From Takakia lepidozioides (Eukaryota > Plantae > Bryophyta): DNA of 64,000 bases. A program made the translations under genes and the position numbers. The DNA lies in the NCBI GenBank assembly GCA_030704615.1, contig CM060733.1, positions 61,814,001 through 61,878,000 on the forward strand, in the 5' to 3' direction. Positions 12,212-25,100 of the stretch are shown here, one piece after another (the first letter of the stretch is position 1; each line of letters opens with the position of its first letter). A model generated the notes under the pieces. It had not been told where the DNA came from and did not search any database. It saw only the letters and a program-made list of their open reading frames with translations.

Positions 12212-13977
12212 CACTACAGCAAATGGGGGGGTTTTGCGACACCAGCCCCGCCCCCACGCCCCGCGCGGCGCCAAGCGTGGACGCCAACCCCACGGAGCCT
12301 TTTTGCGACGCCGGGCCATCGCAACCAAACCCCGCGGGTCGCCACCTGGCCATCACACGGGCAGATGAAGGGCAGAAGACAGCCCTTCCGTGCGACGCCC
12401 ACGCGTCGCCCCCCAGCGAAGGGCAGAAGGCAACCCTTTCTGGCGACGGCCGGCCGTTGCGAGCGGAAAAAGACAGCCCTTTCTTGCCCTTTCTTTCATC
12501 ACAGCCCTTATTTGCGACGCCAGGCTGTCGCATGGTGGCATGAATGGCAAAAGGCCTTGGCGACGGCCGGACGTCGCAAACAGGGGCTGCCCAATTCTTT
12601 CAAAACAAAAAAAACAGGTCGCAGTTTGCGACAGCTTGCCGTCGCCGTGTGCGACCCCCGGCCTCATAAATCCAAAAAACGCGTCGCAGTTTGCGATGCG
12701 TGGGGGTCGTAGGCAGCAACGGCAGGGCTTTCTAGGTTTAGGTTTAGGGCCTTTGGGGGTTCTTAGTTTTTTTTCTTTTCTTTTTTTTCTTTTTTCATAT
12801 GGTACTGGGGTAGGGTGTTTGTTTTTCTTTATGGTTTAGCTTGTTGTTGTGGACCTTCTTGTAGATTGTGACATTCATTTTGATATTTCTCTTTATACCA
12901 CATTTGTATGTGTTACTCCAACATATTCATTGCCTCTGCCTTTTTTCTTGAAAGACTACCAGCCACAGCCATATTTGATCAATCATAGAAATAAGCTACA
13001 ATATGCATGTACATGTACAATCAATCGAAGGGATGGGTACAGTTCGGTGTGAGAATTGTTATGTAGCTTTGATTTTGTGTCTAATCAAGTTGAACATCAT
13101 TATCCGGAGCTTCTTCATCCTCATCAAGCTGCAAGTCTTCTTGGTCATCGGAGTCATCGTCATAAATGGCCCGGCCCTCAAAAGGCACCTCCGAATCATC
13201 CTCCACCTCGTTGTCAATGGCCGTGTCTTCGTCTCCTTCTCCAACATCTGTATCTTCTGGAGCTTCATCATATAGGGTCCAGGATGCATTCTCCGGGGTG
13301 TCATCATCTTCTTCTACCCCCTCTACCGAACCTCCATCATCAGCATCATTATGACCAATCTCTCCGTCCACCGCAATTGCCTCACCCCATGGAGATCCAA
13401 GACCATGATAGATACGTCTTCCTCTTGGCTGAGTATGCACAACCACCTTCCAATTCCCCCCTCTTGTTTTGTCATCGGAGAAGAAAACTTGCTCCATGTC
13501 TGAAGGCCGTGAAAAAAACTCTTCGGAGGGACGATGAGTAGGGTTGAGCCTATCTGCATTGACGCGCATGAAACCACAATCATCTTGCACTAGTGTTGTG
13601 GAGGGCCCCACAAGATGTGGCTGGAACCACCTTCCCTTGAAGAGAAGAGGCCGGTACCTTGTATACTGAAGTTGGAGTATGCTCTCAAGCTCTCCAATGT
13701 ACTCAAGTTTGCTCATAGCAGGTCATGTATCTCCCTTGCCCCACACGAAGTCTTGCCAATATGTGGTACACAAGCCAGAATCAAAGGTTGTTTTGCGCTT
13801 CATGTCAAGAGCACGAATGCGGAAATGACGACCGTGAACCCAAACTGCCGTGTATGAGGTCGCGAATTGAGAGGGGCCCTTTGCAATGTCTTGTACCAAA
13901 TCTTAAACCACCTCTCCTTGAGCAGGCCTGTGGCACAGAGGGGAATAATACCCGGTGGCCACTAAGTCTTCGAGCCT
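12212..13977 (-). mobile_element. CACTA element terminus with 3' end of the TnpD-like transposase (DUF4216 region)
   Basis: TIR CACTACAGCAAATGGGGGGGTTTTGCGAC at 12212 and GCGACG/CGTCGC subterminal repeats to ~12710. ORF 13081..13716 (YIGELESILQLQY...LFKGRWF...QDDCGFMRVN...EQVFFSDD...WKVVV, acidic tail) is the characteristic CACTA transposase C-terminus. Confidence 0.85.
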
Positions 13978-13979
13978 AA

Positions 13980-16697
13980 GGTTGCAGCTGATTAAGTTGT
14001 GGGGTCTAGTTATTAAATGATCACGTGGAGTGGTGGCATAGATAAGACCAAGTTTATGATCAGGTCAGGTACAAGACGAGTGGTGGCGGATAGTCATCTC
14101 TCTTAGTTTTTTGGTACTAGCTTACGTTTCTTCTTGCAGTAAAGCATGGAGATTATCATCATTCGGAAGCGAGCACTAGAATCAGCTTGGTGTGAAGTAG
14201 AATGGATCCATTAACATAGAGATGGTGTTATGATGGTTAGCTAAAGTGTTTTGTGAGGCCTAACTCTCATGCATCGAAGCATCTGATTTGCGTTTATACA
14301 AAGAGAAGCTGCAGGCTTAGCTAGCATGCACGATACGGTTGTGTACTAAGAATAGTGAACTTACCAGTATGTAGCAGGGTAGTTTCTCCATGCACTTCTC
14401 TGCAAAGCCAAGTTAGACATATGTGTTAATACTGGAGCAAGGCATGAACACTAGAGGGTCGGAAGTAAGCATCACGGCAGGCCTCGTGCGACCGGTGAAT
14501 GGTGCAAACACCGATATGAAAGCGAATGAAGTAACCAAGCTCAAGGGCATTTGGTCACCCTCCAGGGATGATAACAAAAAAAAGACAAACAATGTGTCTA
14601 GACAAATCTCAATGACGAATCTCTGTTTGTGCCAGGTTTTCTCTTCCGCTGCAGCCTGGGATAAATGGTGTACTGACTGGATGGATTGTCATGGGTTGTA
14701 GGCCCCTTCTTTTTACTTACAAAGCTTAAAGTTGAAAATCTGATTTAGACTCTTCAAAAGAGGAGAGTGCATTGTGGAATCCCATTATTTCATGTCTAGA
14801 AGTGACAAGGGGAAGACCCCCATAGTCTATTGGGAAGGGCATCAATAGAGGCTTGTATTTGAATTGTTGGAAGAAATAATCTTTGTGTTTGCTTACTAAT
14901 TTGAAATATAGCCAGCTTTGGCCAAGGCAGGCCAGTAGGCTGGATCTATGATATAAGGCCACTATAAGGCCCCTATGTGCTAATTCCCCCCCCCCACTAG
15001 CAAGCCATGGAGGCCTAGGGGAGGGTGGGTTGTATTTTTTTGTCTTGGGGTTTGGGCGGGCTAATTTCGCTTGACAGCAGCTACCCCAAAGTCGCGAGCA
15101 GCCCGAGTGTTGCGCCTAAAGAGTAGGGACTCGTACCGGCAAAGAAAAATCACGTACTCCTCTTCACAGGGCGAGTTTGCGTTTCTAAGTCCTACGGTAT
15201 CCTACAATCTACTCAGTAACTGCCTTCCAAGTCTTTGTGTTTTACTGTCTAATTCCTACCGCCTAGGCCCCCGAGCCGCCTATAGCCGGGACATGTTTTA
15301 ATCCCTTCACAAGGCACCTGCCGAGCCTAGGGAGAAGAGGGAAAATCTTCCTCTCCCAATGCCCCTCCTTCGCCGAGGGCTTGAGTTCAAGTCAGCTCTA
15401 AATGGAAGGGCCAATGCTTCCTACCCCAGTACCTAAATACTTTGTTTTAGCAAAGGAGTGGCCAAAATGCCTATCGTCATCCAATAGGTTCATTAAATTC
15501 AATAAGGTGGTTCTAAGCCCCTCAACTCAACAAGTTCAATCAGTTTAATCCACGCCCTGCAGGCTATAATGAGCACCACGTGCATCTATCCTCTTCAAGC
15601 AATTTCGCAAATCAGAAATGCTGGAAAATAAAAGAAATTAAGAAAATCAGAAAAAAATACCTCCCCTTTGGGAAATCATGTGGGGAAATCCAAAGATACC
15701 CTTGGCGCCTAAAGATGCCCTTGGGAACCCTATGGGAACCCAATGAGAACCGAGGAACACCCGGGAACCATTCACTGCCGCGGGGATCTGTCGCGGCTCT
15801 ATTGGATGAATGAATCTCGCTGAGAGCTCATCCCTGCCACTACATTCGTTAGTCCAGAACATGCACGCGTAAATAATAAAATAATCATTGGTGGGTCCAA
15901 GCCAGATTTCACCCCCCTTACATTATTTTAAGGTGCTGGTGCGCTTTCCCTCCGTGGAAAAAGTCATCCTCTACCTTGGGCTCTGACACAAAGACTCACT
16001 GTAGCCGAGTTTTTAGGACAGAGTACTTTCTCTCCTCCCTTGTCTCTCGAGGTCTCCGCCTCTAGCTCACTGCTCCCAGGCCCGCTTGGCTCTCTCTTGG
16101 AGTCCTAATAACGCTCCCCTCCAAGGCTACGTCCTCCCAAAATTCTAGATTTTATCTACCACTGGCGCCTTAGATAATGGCTCTTAACCCTTAGAGGGGT
16201 ATAAATTGAATCTAATAGCTAAAGGTAATAATACCCCCCTTTAAGGGAATTTGCAGACGCATTGCCCGCTGGGTAAAACACCCCCGCCACGTGGCGGGGC
16301 GCAGATCCGCGTGTAGCGGTCCAAACCTTGGACCGCTGTGGTTAATGCCAGCGTCTGCCGGTCCGTCTCAACTTTTGGTTATCCGGCGGGTAAAGACCCG
16401 CACCCTGCTCGCACGCTTCAGGGCCTCACGCCTGAGCCACGCGGCTGATGTACTTGATCTCAGTACGACTTAAGGTCAGCGTTGGGGCCCCGCTCTTGTA
16501 CGTCGTGGCTGGGCCACGGCTGCCTCCACTCTTTTAGTAACTTAGATAGTGATCATAGCCACCATGTACGACCACGGACCCCCTGCACTAACCACAGTCG
16601 GATAGGCGGTTCAGTGAGCCCAACCTACACCGCAACTTACCTCGGCCCCCCTAGACTACTATGTCGTCACCTTGACCGCGCGCGCTCAGGGTTCGTC
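13980..16697 (-). mobile_element. Probable non-coding LTR-retrotransposon remnant
   Basis: Abruptly truncates the CACTA ORF. Ends ...GGTTCGTCA (TG start on minus) next to a PPR fragment, with a PBS-like GCTCTGACACA near 15980. No recognisable coding domain. Confidence 0.3.
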
Positions 16698-16699
16698 AC

Positions 16700-16808
16700 T
16701 TGCTGCCAATGCGATCATCGCACTCCACAACACCACATCTCGTTGAGCCACATTGTCGAACACTACATTTACATCTTCAATGCTCCCGCATTCGGCATAC
16801 ATGTCCCC
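16700..16808 (-). pseudogene. Single PPR-motif fragment flanking the MULE left end
   Basis: Minus strand reads GDMYAECGSIEDVNVVFDNVAQRDVVLWSAMIA. Confidence 0.75.
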
Positions 16809-17023
16809 TAGGGGGGGGCTGCTATTTCATGAGTGGCATGAGCATGAGCGGAAAAAAAAAAAACATGAGCGGGCCATTGTGTGTCCACGGAAATAGGGTT
16901 AGGAGGCACGGAAATAGGGTCATGTGGACTCGTCATAGCAATGAAATGCAACATTTTATTGCAAATTTTGTGGCAAGCCACGTCTATACAAGTGTGTCCT
17001 AACTGACATAGCAAGAATGGAAA

Positions 17024-20000
17024 CTACTCTCCTACACCTTCCGAAGAACTTGGCCCTCCTTCTTCCTCATCCCCCTCATCCCCCCCATCCTCCGAGCTCT
17101 GTGATGCATCGGTTGCACTATGCCTCTCAAAAATTCCGTCCTCTCCTTGGGGGACTGTCCACCTCACCTCCTGGGAATCTTCTGCCTCTTCTCCCCCACT
17201 TTCCTCAGCAAAATCCAAGACAAATCTACGAGCCCGACGGGCTCTAATATCTGCTGCCTCCTCCCTCATCTTCATTTTCTTGAGGCTTGCCTCGTCTAAA
17301 ATCTGTTGTACACGACTAGGTTCGGAAGACCTCCTAATGGACACCGAAGCAAGCCGGGCAGCATAAGTAGGAAGGATGTAGTCCCTTTCTGGACTAGGCA
17401 TGAAATCCCCCCTGGCAAAAAAATGCACGTTCCTCCTGCCCATGAACTCCGGTGTAGACGTCCCTCCTGCAATACTTGGCATCCTACAGTAAGAACAAAT
17501 CCACTTCAAGAATGTCAATACCATCAGAAGCAGAAAGGGTTTTCAATGAAATAAGAGAGCGAAGGGAGGTGCCTCACAAAATCTGGAGGCAACTTACAAT
17601 GCGACCACTCACTCGTAAACCGGGGGCTCCTCGGCCTCGATCCCAACTTGTTCCTCCCCCTGCTCCTTCTCGGATTTTCCTCATCCTCCGAGGGTGCCTT
17701 TTCCTCTTTGGGCAGACGTTCAGCCGCTACAAGTTCCGAGTTGTGGAGGGCAGTATCTGGCTCGAAGGCGAACACATGCCTGTCGGACAATGTCCCTGCC
17801 CACATTGAAGCACCTGAGGAACAAAGCGGGCGGTTAATAGCTTGCGGCATGCAATTGCAATCGGGCCAGGGGACAAACTGAGCACGTGAAGGCTTACCCG
17901 TGCCACATGTGAGGTCAAGAATCCGCCCTTGGACATCCGAGCACGTCTCCATGAGGGTTTGGATGAAAGCAGGGCTCCGGGTCCGGCTGTACCGCCACGG
18001 TTTGCCTGTCTTTGTGTCCTTCGGCATACTGGAGTGGGGCACATAGTTGTAGAGGACATTGTAGGTAACAGGGTCCACAACGGCATCAACAAGACGACCG
18101 TCGTTGTGGAATTTGAACGTAGACCCTCTCTTCACAAAGCAATATGCCTCAAACACCAATGTCTGTACATCCAACAAAAGAGGGATCAACTCCGGGATCT
18201 AGTTTAGATACACCACAATATGAGGTGAATGCAATAGATTGATAACTTACACTTTGGCCCTCTGTTCGCAACCCCTGTGTATTGATGCAGAACCATTTTC
18301 TGAGGAGGACCGGGGTGACACTTTTCGGTGTCCATCTTGCCACCGCATTCTCTGTGGTCTTCCCTCTTGTGGCAAGGACAACCACACATCCACCGTCATC
18401 CAGGAGCATCCCCGCCAGCCCAAACCCGGCTTTCCAGTAGTCCTCAGTAAACCTGTTCCAGTTGGGCACACCATCCAGGCCCTCCAGCAGCTCCCCATCT
18501 GGAATGTCGAGGAGAATCATATCGCAAGCTCTCTCCACCTCCACCAGAAAGTCGGCACCAAGGGCAGGATCAGCTATGGCCACGTACTTTACCATCCGCA
18601 ACTTGTACTTTATGTGGGCCCTGGCCTCCGCAGCTTTGAGATACGATTCGAGTGCCGGGAGGGTTAGATTCTTCTCCTCTGACTCCATGTAGAACCTCCG
18701 CGCATGTGCCAAATCCTGCTGAATTTTCATCTGTCTGAATTTTCATAAGATTAGAGATCCTGCTCAACACTTTTTCTTCTATTGGGGGAGGAGAGACATA
18801 TTAGCTCAACAAAACAATCAGGAGCTTTACCCGAAATATGTAGTCCACCATGGCGTCCATGCTCAGCCTATACCAGGTTCTGTCTGCCTTTGCCTCCGAC
18901 TTGCGCAGGAGGTCGGCACTGAGCGAATTGGCAAACTCTTGCACCCCCTGCTTCCCGACATCCTTCATTTGGAAGAGCATATGGGACAAGTTGGTGGCAA
19001 TGAAGGCATTCTCAGTCACCCTGCAATGCCACATTTCCATCAAACAATTCTGAAATGGGAATTTACAACAAATATGAGGATTTGCAATGAAATGACTTAC
19101 AATCGGATGGGTCCAAAAGCAAGAGGCGTTGTAACTTACGAGTTGATGTCCGCCATTGCAGCTTTGAGAAGACTGCGATCTTTGGGCCCTGCAACCTTCA
19201 GCACAACACACTCCACGGCGAAATGCCAATCGAGGTCGTTGGGGTGGGCTTCGGCTATGTGCTCCATCCATGCCAGGAGGCGATGATTGCCGTCCCACAC
19301 GTAAAACATCTTTCCGGACAAGTGCTGGAAAAGAGGATCAGTAGCAATCGATCTCTCGAACTCCTCATTTTGCCTTTGCCAATGGGGACCCCATTTTTCC
19401 ACCTCATCGGAAGTGTGGGCACGGGAAGCTCCGTGGTCGTTCTCAATGGAAACGTAAAACGCGGCATACCCCATTCGATATCCATCCTGAAAAGAGAATT
19501 TCAGCTTGTCGATATTGCCTGGGAGGGCAGGTCTCACCACCTGCAAAGATACCAAGCGGCAAAGGGGAATTCGAAGCTTGGCCGGGTACACCATGCCCCC
19601 CAGCACCCTGCCAATGTTGCTATGGGTTGCCTCCAACATCTTGGCAGCGGCCAACTTCATATCCGCCTCCGACATGACGTCTGCTGCAGAGGGGTTCTCC
19701 GGCAGCCCACCAGGACCGCCAAATCCAGCCTGTATGTTGCGGGTTTGGGGCCTGGGGATGTCCGGGAGGATGTCATCCTGGTCAGAAAGCTCGGTGTCGT
19801 CCTCCTCAACATGGTCAACCACCGGCAAAACCACCTCGAGCACTCTCCCCGTCTCTACTGCCATCTCCCCGGCTTCACCTTGAACTTGCACAATCCGTGC
19901 TCTTTGTGGTGTTCTTTCCTCTCCTCCACTCTCCACCATATGGGTAATTGCGGGGGCTGCTCTTGTCCGTGATGGTGTAACCCGTGTGTTACTGCCTCTT

Positions 20001-20544
20001 TGTGGTGTCTTGGAGGGATCCACCGTCTCTGTGCATCCCTCGCTTACATGGGCATCTGTTTTCGGCACCCCCGGCCTCTTCAGTGGCCTTTTCTCTTTCC
20101 TCTTGGCTAGCCTTCTGTCCCTGTTCTTTTGCCCTCTCTTTTGCCCTCTCACGGGCTTTCTGTTTCTTACTAGGGCTAGCAGCAGGGGAGCCCTCCAGGA
20201 CGACCACCTTTGATTGAGGAGAACTGCCACCCTCGCGCGCACTGCTCACTCCCCCCTCCGCAGCCCGTGACGGCTCTCTCGCCGGGGATTGCATGTGTTT
20301 GGCTTTCTTCTTCTTCTTTGCGTGGGCGGGCCCTACTGCATGTGCATCAACAACCTCCATTGCCGGATCTGCTGTCCTCACGCCCTTCACCTGCCATGCC
20401 GCCTGCACCAACCTCCCCAATGCCTATTCTGTCGTACTCTCGCTGCAGGTCCTCCCGTCCACCAACAAAAGGTTTTCGTTTGCCCTCCCGCCCCAAGTTG
20501 GGCGATCCAAACTTGCGATGAGTTGGAGCTGTCGATGATACCAC
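17024..20544 (-). pseudogene. Intron-containing ParB-like domain + beta-class N4-cytosine/N6-adenine DNA methyltransferase gene (frameshifted in this copy)
   Basis: ParB/Srx signature YVWDGNHRLLA in ORF 19136..20242. MTase motif IV-like DMILLDIPDG plus LLDDGGCVVV in 18149..18730. RSPAFIQTLMETCSDVQGRILDLTCGTG in 17524..18189 joins after an 84-nt GT-AG intron (17897-17814) to ASMWAGTLSDRHVFAFEPD. Other frame-consistent introns: 19139-19021 and 18250-18163. Frameshifts near 20070 and at an imperfect 16-nt duplication (~18715-18746). Confidence 0.8.
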
Positions 20545-20899
20545 CAGCGTGCCGGGCTCGTCGTCACTCTGTCATTCCCGAAAATCGTGAGAACCAACAT
20601 CGGAATGAAAACCACCATCCGCCACGAGCAGCGCAACCACCATCGCAACAATCGTGGAACAACAATGAAAACAAAACAAAACCAAGTATGGAGTGGCATG
20701 GAACAACAATGAAAACAAATCCAACCAATGCCTAAGAATGACATGCGCAAGCAGCCTTCTCCAGAGCTGACGACTTTGCACACGCATTGCAAACTATCTA
20801 AGGTTCACTCAACCAGTAACTTGCATAAATCAACATGAAACACGATGAACAAATGAACACGAATTCCATAAGACGGGAAAATAGGGTGAAATGTTTTGA

Positions 20900-21115
20900 A
20901 GGCACTTCATCTGCTCAGACAATCTTCTCAGTTCAGCATGGATTTCCCTAATTCCAAGATGCAACCTGTTATCTACAGCGAGGTGTGCACCCTGTTCTGG
21001 CAAGCAATCTGAATGCAGCAACGACCTGGCTCCTTTCTAACCACTCTGACCTTGATCATTCTTCTCAACAACTCCTGCTTTTGTGATGCAACCATGCTCT
21101 TCCAGGGCTGCCAGG
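20900..21115 (-). pseudogene. Captured PPR E/PG-box-DYW N-terminal fragment inside the MULE
   Basis: Minus strand GAGAAGAATGATCAAGGTCAGAG...AAAGGAGCCAGGTCG...GGAAATCCATGCTGAACTGAGAAGATTGTCTGAGCAGATGAAG (IREIHAELRRLSEQMK) aligns with the DYW gene at ~44695-44852. Confidence 0.75.
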
Positions 21116-22176
21116 CGGAAGATATGAAAACAAACTAAAAAAACGAAGAAAACCGAAAGAGGAAGGGGTGGAACCTGAGAGTGCTCGGCTTCAGTTGGCG
21201 CGGGCTGTGAGCAAGACAATGGAATTTCCTGCTGGAGCTTAAGTTTGGCCATGCGAGAGGTTGGACGTCGCCCGTAGTACAAAGCCTTCAGCTTCCGCCG
21301 CGGTCTGGATGTGGGATTTCTCTCAGGAGAGCCACGCCCTTCTCCACGCGGCATAAGTCCCAGCAAAAGAAAAAAGATCTCGCAGTATGTGTGCGTACAT
21401 GCCTCGAATAGAAGTTCATCCAAGTTTAGCATCAGGTTTCCAAGGCGTATCCGGGAAGCAAGCGCGGAATCCTTGTGTCGCCAGCCCAGTTCAAAACCGA
21501 CGGCGGAGGACATTTAATGCTCAACTACGTCAATCGCCCGCTCGATGGAAAAAATCGGCGCCGAATTTCTATCCAGCGGATGAAGTATGACGCAACGAGG
21601 CCATCCCTCCGCCCGAGCCGTTCTCATCCAAGAGACGCCGGATGGAAATCTTGCGCCGCATTTCCATCCTGCCGGTAATTCGGAGCGCGGCCGGATGGAC
21701 AAACGGCGCCGAATTTCCATCTTGCAGGCAATTCGGAGCGCGGCCGGATGGAAATCCGGCGCTGGATTCCCATCAAACAGGTAACTCGGAGCGCGGCCGG
21801 ATGGAAATTCGGCGCCGAATTTCCATCCGCCAGGTTAGTCGAAGCGCCGAATTACCGTCCTGCAGGTAATTCTGAGCGTGGCCGCTTGTTTTTTTGGTCT
21901 AAAAAGACACAACCTTAAGTTTTAGACACGGTTTTCAGGGAATTCTCGACTGGTTGAGAGAAATTCCTTGCTTCTTTTCCATCCCTCGTAGTTCCTACAT
22001 GGAAATTCGTTGCCGAAATTCCATCTGGCCGCGATTGCGATTAAATGCTGAATGGAAATTCGGCGCTGGTTTTCCATCTGGCCGTGAGCGCGATTACATG
22101 CCAAATGGAAATTCGGCGCCGGTTTTCCATCCCCTCCGCCCGAGTCCACTTTATTCCGGCGCCCCCTATTGGATAT

Positions 22177-25100
22177 TGTCGCGCACCTCACTTCGGTAAA
22201 CTCCCCCACCTCAAGTCATAGTTACTCGCTTGATGCGCGCGCCTAACTCCCAACCTGGCCGCCGGGCCAACTTGGAGCTCCGGCTGCTCACCGGGGCATA
22301 ACGGTCCCCTTTTGGTCTCCCAAAGAACCCTCCAACGATTTGGAACTAGCGGGAATTCCCTTTGGTAGTTGCCAGTCCGGAACAGCTCCCCACTCTTTGG
22401 TTGCTTTCCGGCTCGCTCGCTTACTCACTAGTTTTTGGTCACCAACGGGCTTGCACCGTTCTCGGGGTTACTACTCCCTATATATACTTCTGTAGCTGTC
22501 CGCGGGGGTTTCACAAACAACCATGCCATTTTATGGCGAACCACCACGAACACCCTCGACTCCCGGTGATGAGTCGCGGTGAGTCTTGGCCCACCCACCA
22601 CGGCCCCAATGGACCGTGATGAGTCCCAAGACTCCCCACGACTCCCACCACGAGGTCTCCGCCCCAGGGTGAGTCCTATGCCACCCCCACTAAGTCCCGG
22701 TAAGCTACCACCACCCCTTGTGGAGCCACCCCCACCGCAACCCGGTATGCGGGGCTCCACCTAGTGAGCGCCTCCGCCTCCTTGAGTGCCTTGGCACTCA
22801 AGGGTGCTTTAGCCCCTCATACCTATCGCTGCCACTGCCCCCACCACAGGGGAAGCCCCTCTTGTGTCCCGACCCCCCCTGCCCTCAAGGCAAAGGGCCG
22901 CGACACACACCCCTACCAACAGGGAGTTGATGTCCTCATCGGCTTATCCATTTTGTGGAAACGAACATCCAAGTTGTGGCGTCCCACATCAAGGAGTTTG
23001 TTTCCGTACCATGGCGTCCCATGGCAAAGAACCAAACCCCACACTTGACTCTACTCTCCACTAGCTAGTTCGGCCGACTTCCTCCAAGTCCCGGCCAAGG
23101 GTGGAGCCTCTTAAGCTCCTCCCAGTGCACTCTTCTTGGCCTACTTCAAGGCCAAGGAACGATCCTCCCCGAGGATCGAATCGCCTTACTGCAACAACAT
23201 TGTTTGCGACCGCTCATGATGCCGCTTTTGGCATCACCTTGAGCAAGGGTTCACCTCGAACCCTCTTTGACTAGGAAGATAACCTTGAACCAACCGCGCA
23301 CCCCAATCACTACAATTGGGTCCGCCTTGGAATGCTGGCCTGAGGTACGGGAACACGCCGAAGCCGCACTATGACTTCGTCCCGAGGCTACACGATTATA
23401 GTACGTGAACGGAAGCACGTAGCTTCCGCATTAGCCCGCACTACAAAGCAACCCCCTCGGTAGCACAGTTATAGTATGCGCACGCGCCAGGTGCGCACTA
23501 GCACGTGAACTCCTAAAGAAGGCGCAAGTTTCCTTGCCCCTTGGATGGGAGTAACCCGATTTCGGCACTGCGCAAACACACGATTAACCCAATTTACCTC
23601 TCCCACTTTTGTAAGCTAGCATGCATTCTACACACTAGCCAACCACACCATGCATCACCATTCCAAACAAAATAGGACGCACAACATTTGGAACCCATTT
23701 CCTTTATAACAAATTTTTTGTACAATACAAGTTTTTGCAATCGGATTCCTAAGCTAGCTAAGCCGGGCTAAGCATGCATTTCCTCCCCCATGCTCGAAGG
23801 TTGATGTCCCCATCAACGCTTCTTCCACTTTTGAGGTCGCCCTTCGAAAACTGCAACTGCCTCGGATGCGTTTCCCACGCACCCAAGATGCCTCCACATG
23901 ATGATAGCCCTTCCATTTGACGAGATACTCCGTTTCTCGGTTCTTGAACCTCCTCAACTTAAGTACTGCCTCCACCTCGTACTCAGGTTTATTTTCATGA
24001 TCCAACAGCACAGGTGGCGGACGCAACACTTGATGCCGATTCGGACACGCTTCATCTTTGAAGTAAGGCTTCAAAAGGGAGACGTGGAATACTGGATGCA
24101 CCTTGCTGTTTGCCGGCAGCTCCAATTCATACACATCCTCATTCATAACCTTCCGGATGCGAAAGGGTCCCGCATACGGAGGTACGAACTTTGGACTCAC
24201 TTCCGGAGGTAGTCGGAAATTCTTGATGTTCAACCAGACCTCCGTGCCTGCCTCAAACTTCACTTCCCTCTGCTTCCGATTCGCCTGCCTTTCATACCGT
24301 TTCCTAGCTTTGGCAATGTTGTACTTTGCAAGCTTCAACAAACGCTCGCGTTCTTCCAGTACCGCCGCTACTGCCGGTTCCTCAACGTCCTAGGCGGCCC
24401 AACTTGTCGGCACCAGAGGTGCTTTTCCATAGACCAATACAAAAGGGGAAACTCCCGTTGCGGAGTGTTCTGTGTTATTATAACAAAACTCTGCCGCGTC
24501 TAAGTGTTCCACCCAGTCTGTTTGGTCTGCCGACACGTAATTCCGTAAGATCTGCTTCACTACGGAATTCACTCTTTCCGTTTGGCCGTCGGTCGTAGGT
24601 CGGAAAGCGGTGCTCATCTTCAGCCTCGTCCCCATCTTCTTTCAAAGTGCCCTCCAAAATTTACTCGTAAACTTTGGATCGCGGTCCGAGATAATATCCT
24701 TCGGGACACCATGATGCTTTAAGACGTGGGCGAAGTAAAGTCGCCGTGTTTCCTGCGTCGTTGCCGTCTCCTTGGTGGGGATGAAATGGCCCATTTTACT
24801 GAACCTATCCACCACCACCATGATTGCATCGAATCCTTTTGACAGCGGCATAGCAGTTATGAAATCCATCGAGACACTTTCCCAAATCCCCTCTGGAATC
24901 GGCAAAGGTTGTAACAGCCCCGCTTGCTTTTTGTACTCGCTCCGGTTTTGTTGGCATGTGGTGCATGTCTTGACATACTCCTCTGCCTCCTCCCTTAGTT
25001 TGGGCGAGAAATACTCTTTCTTCAAGAGTGCCGCAGTGCGCTTGGCTCCGCCGTGTCCCGCAAGCGGGCTATCATGACATTCTCTCAAGAGGCTATCTCT

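Noticed and set aside
17024-20544. Bacterial or phage contamination explaining the ParB-methylase
   Set aside because: The gene has frame-restoring GT-AG introns and is contiguous with plant PPR fragments and plant TEs.
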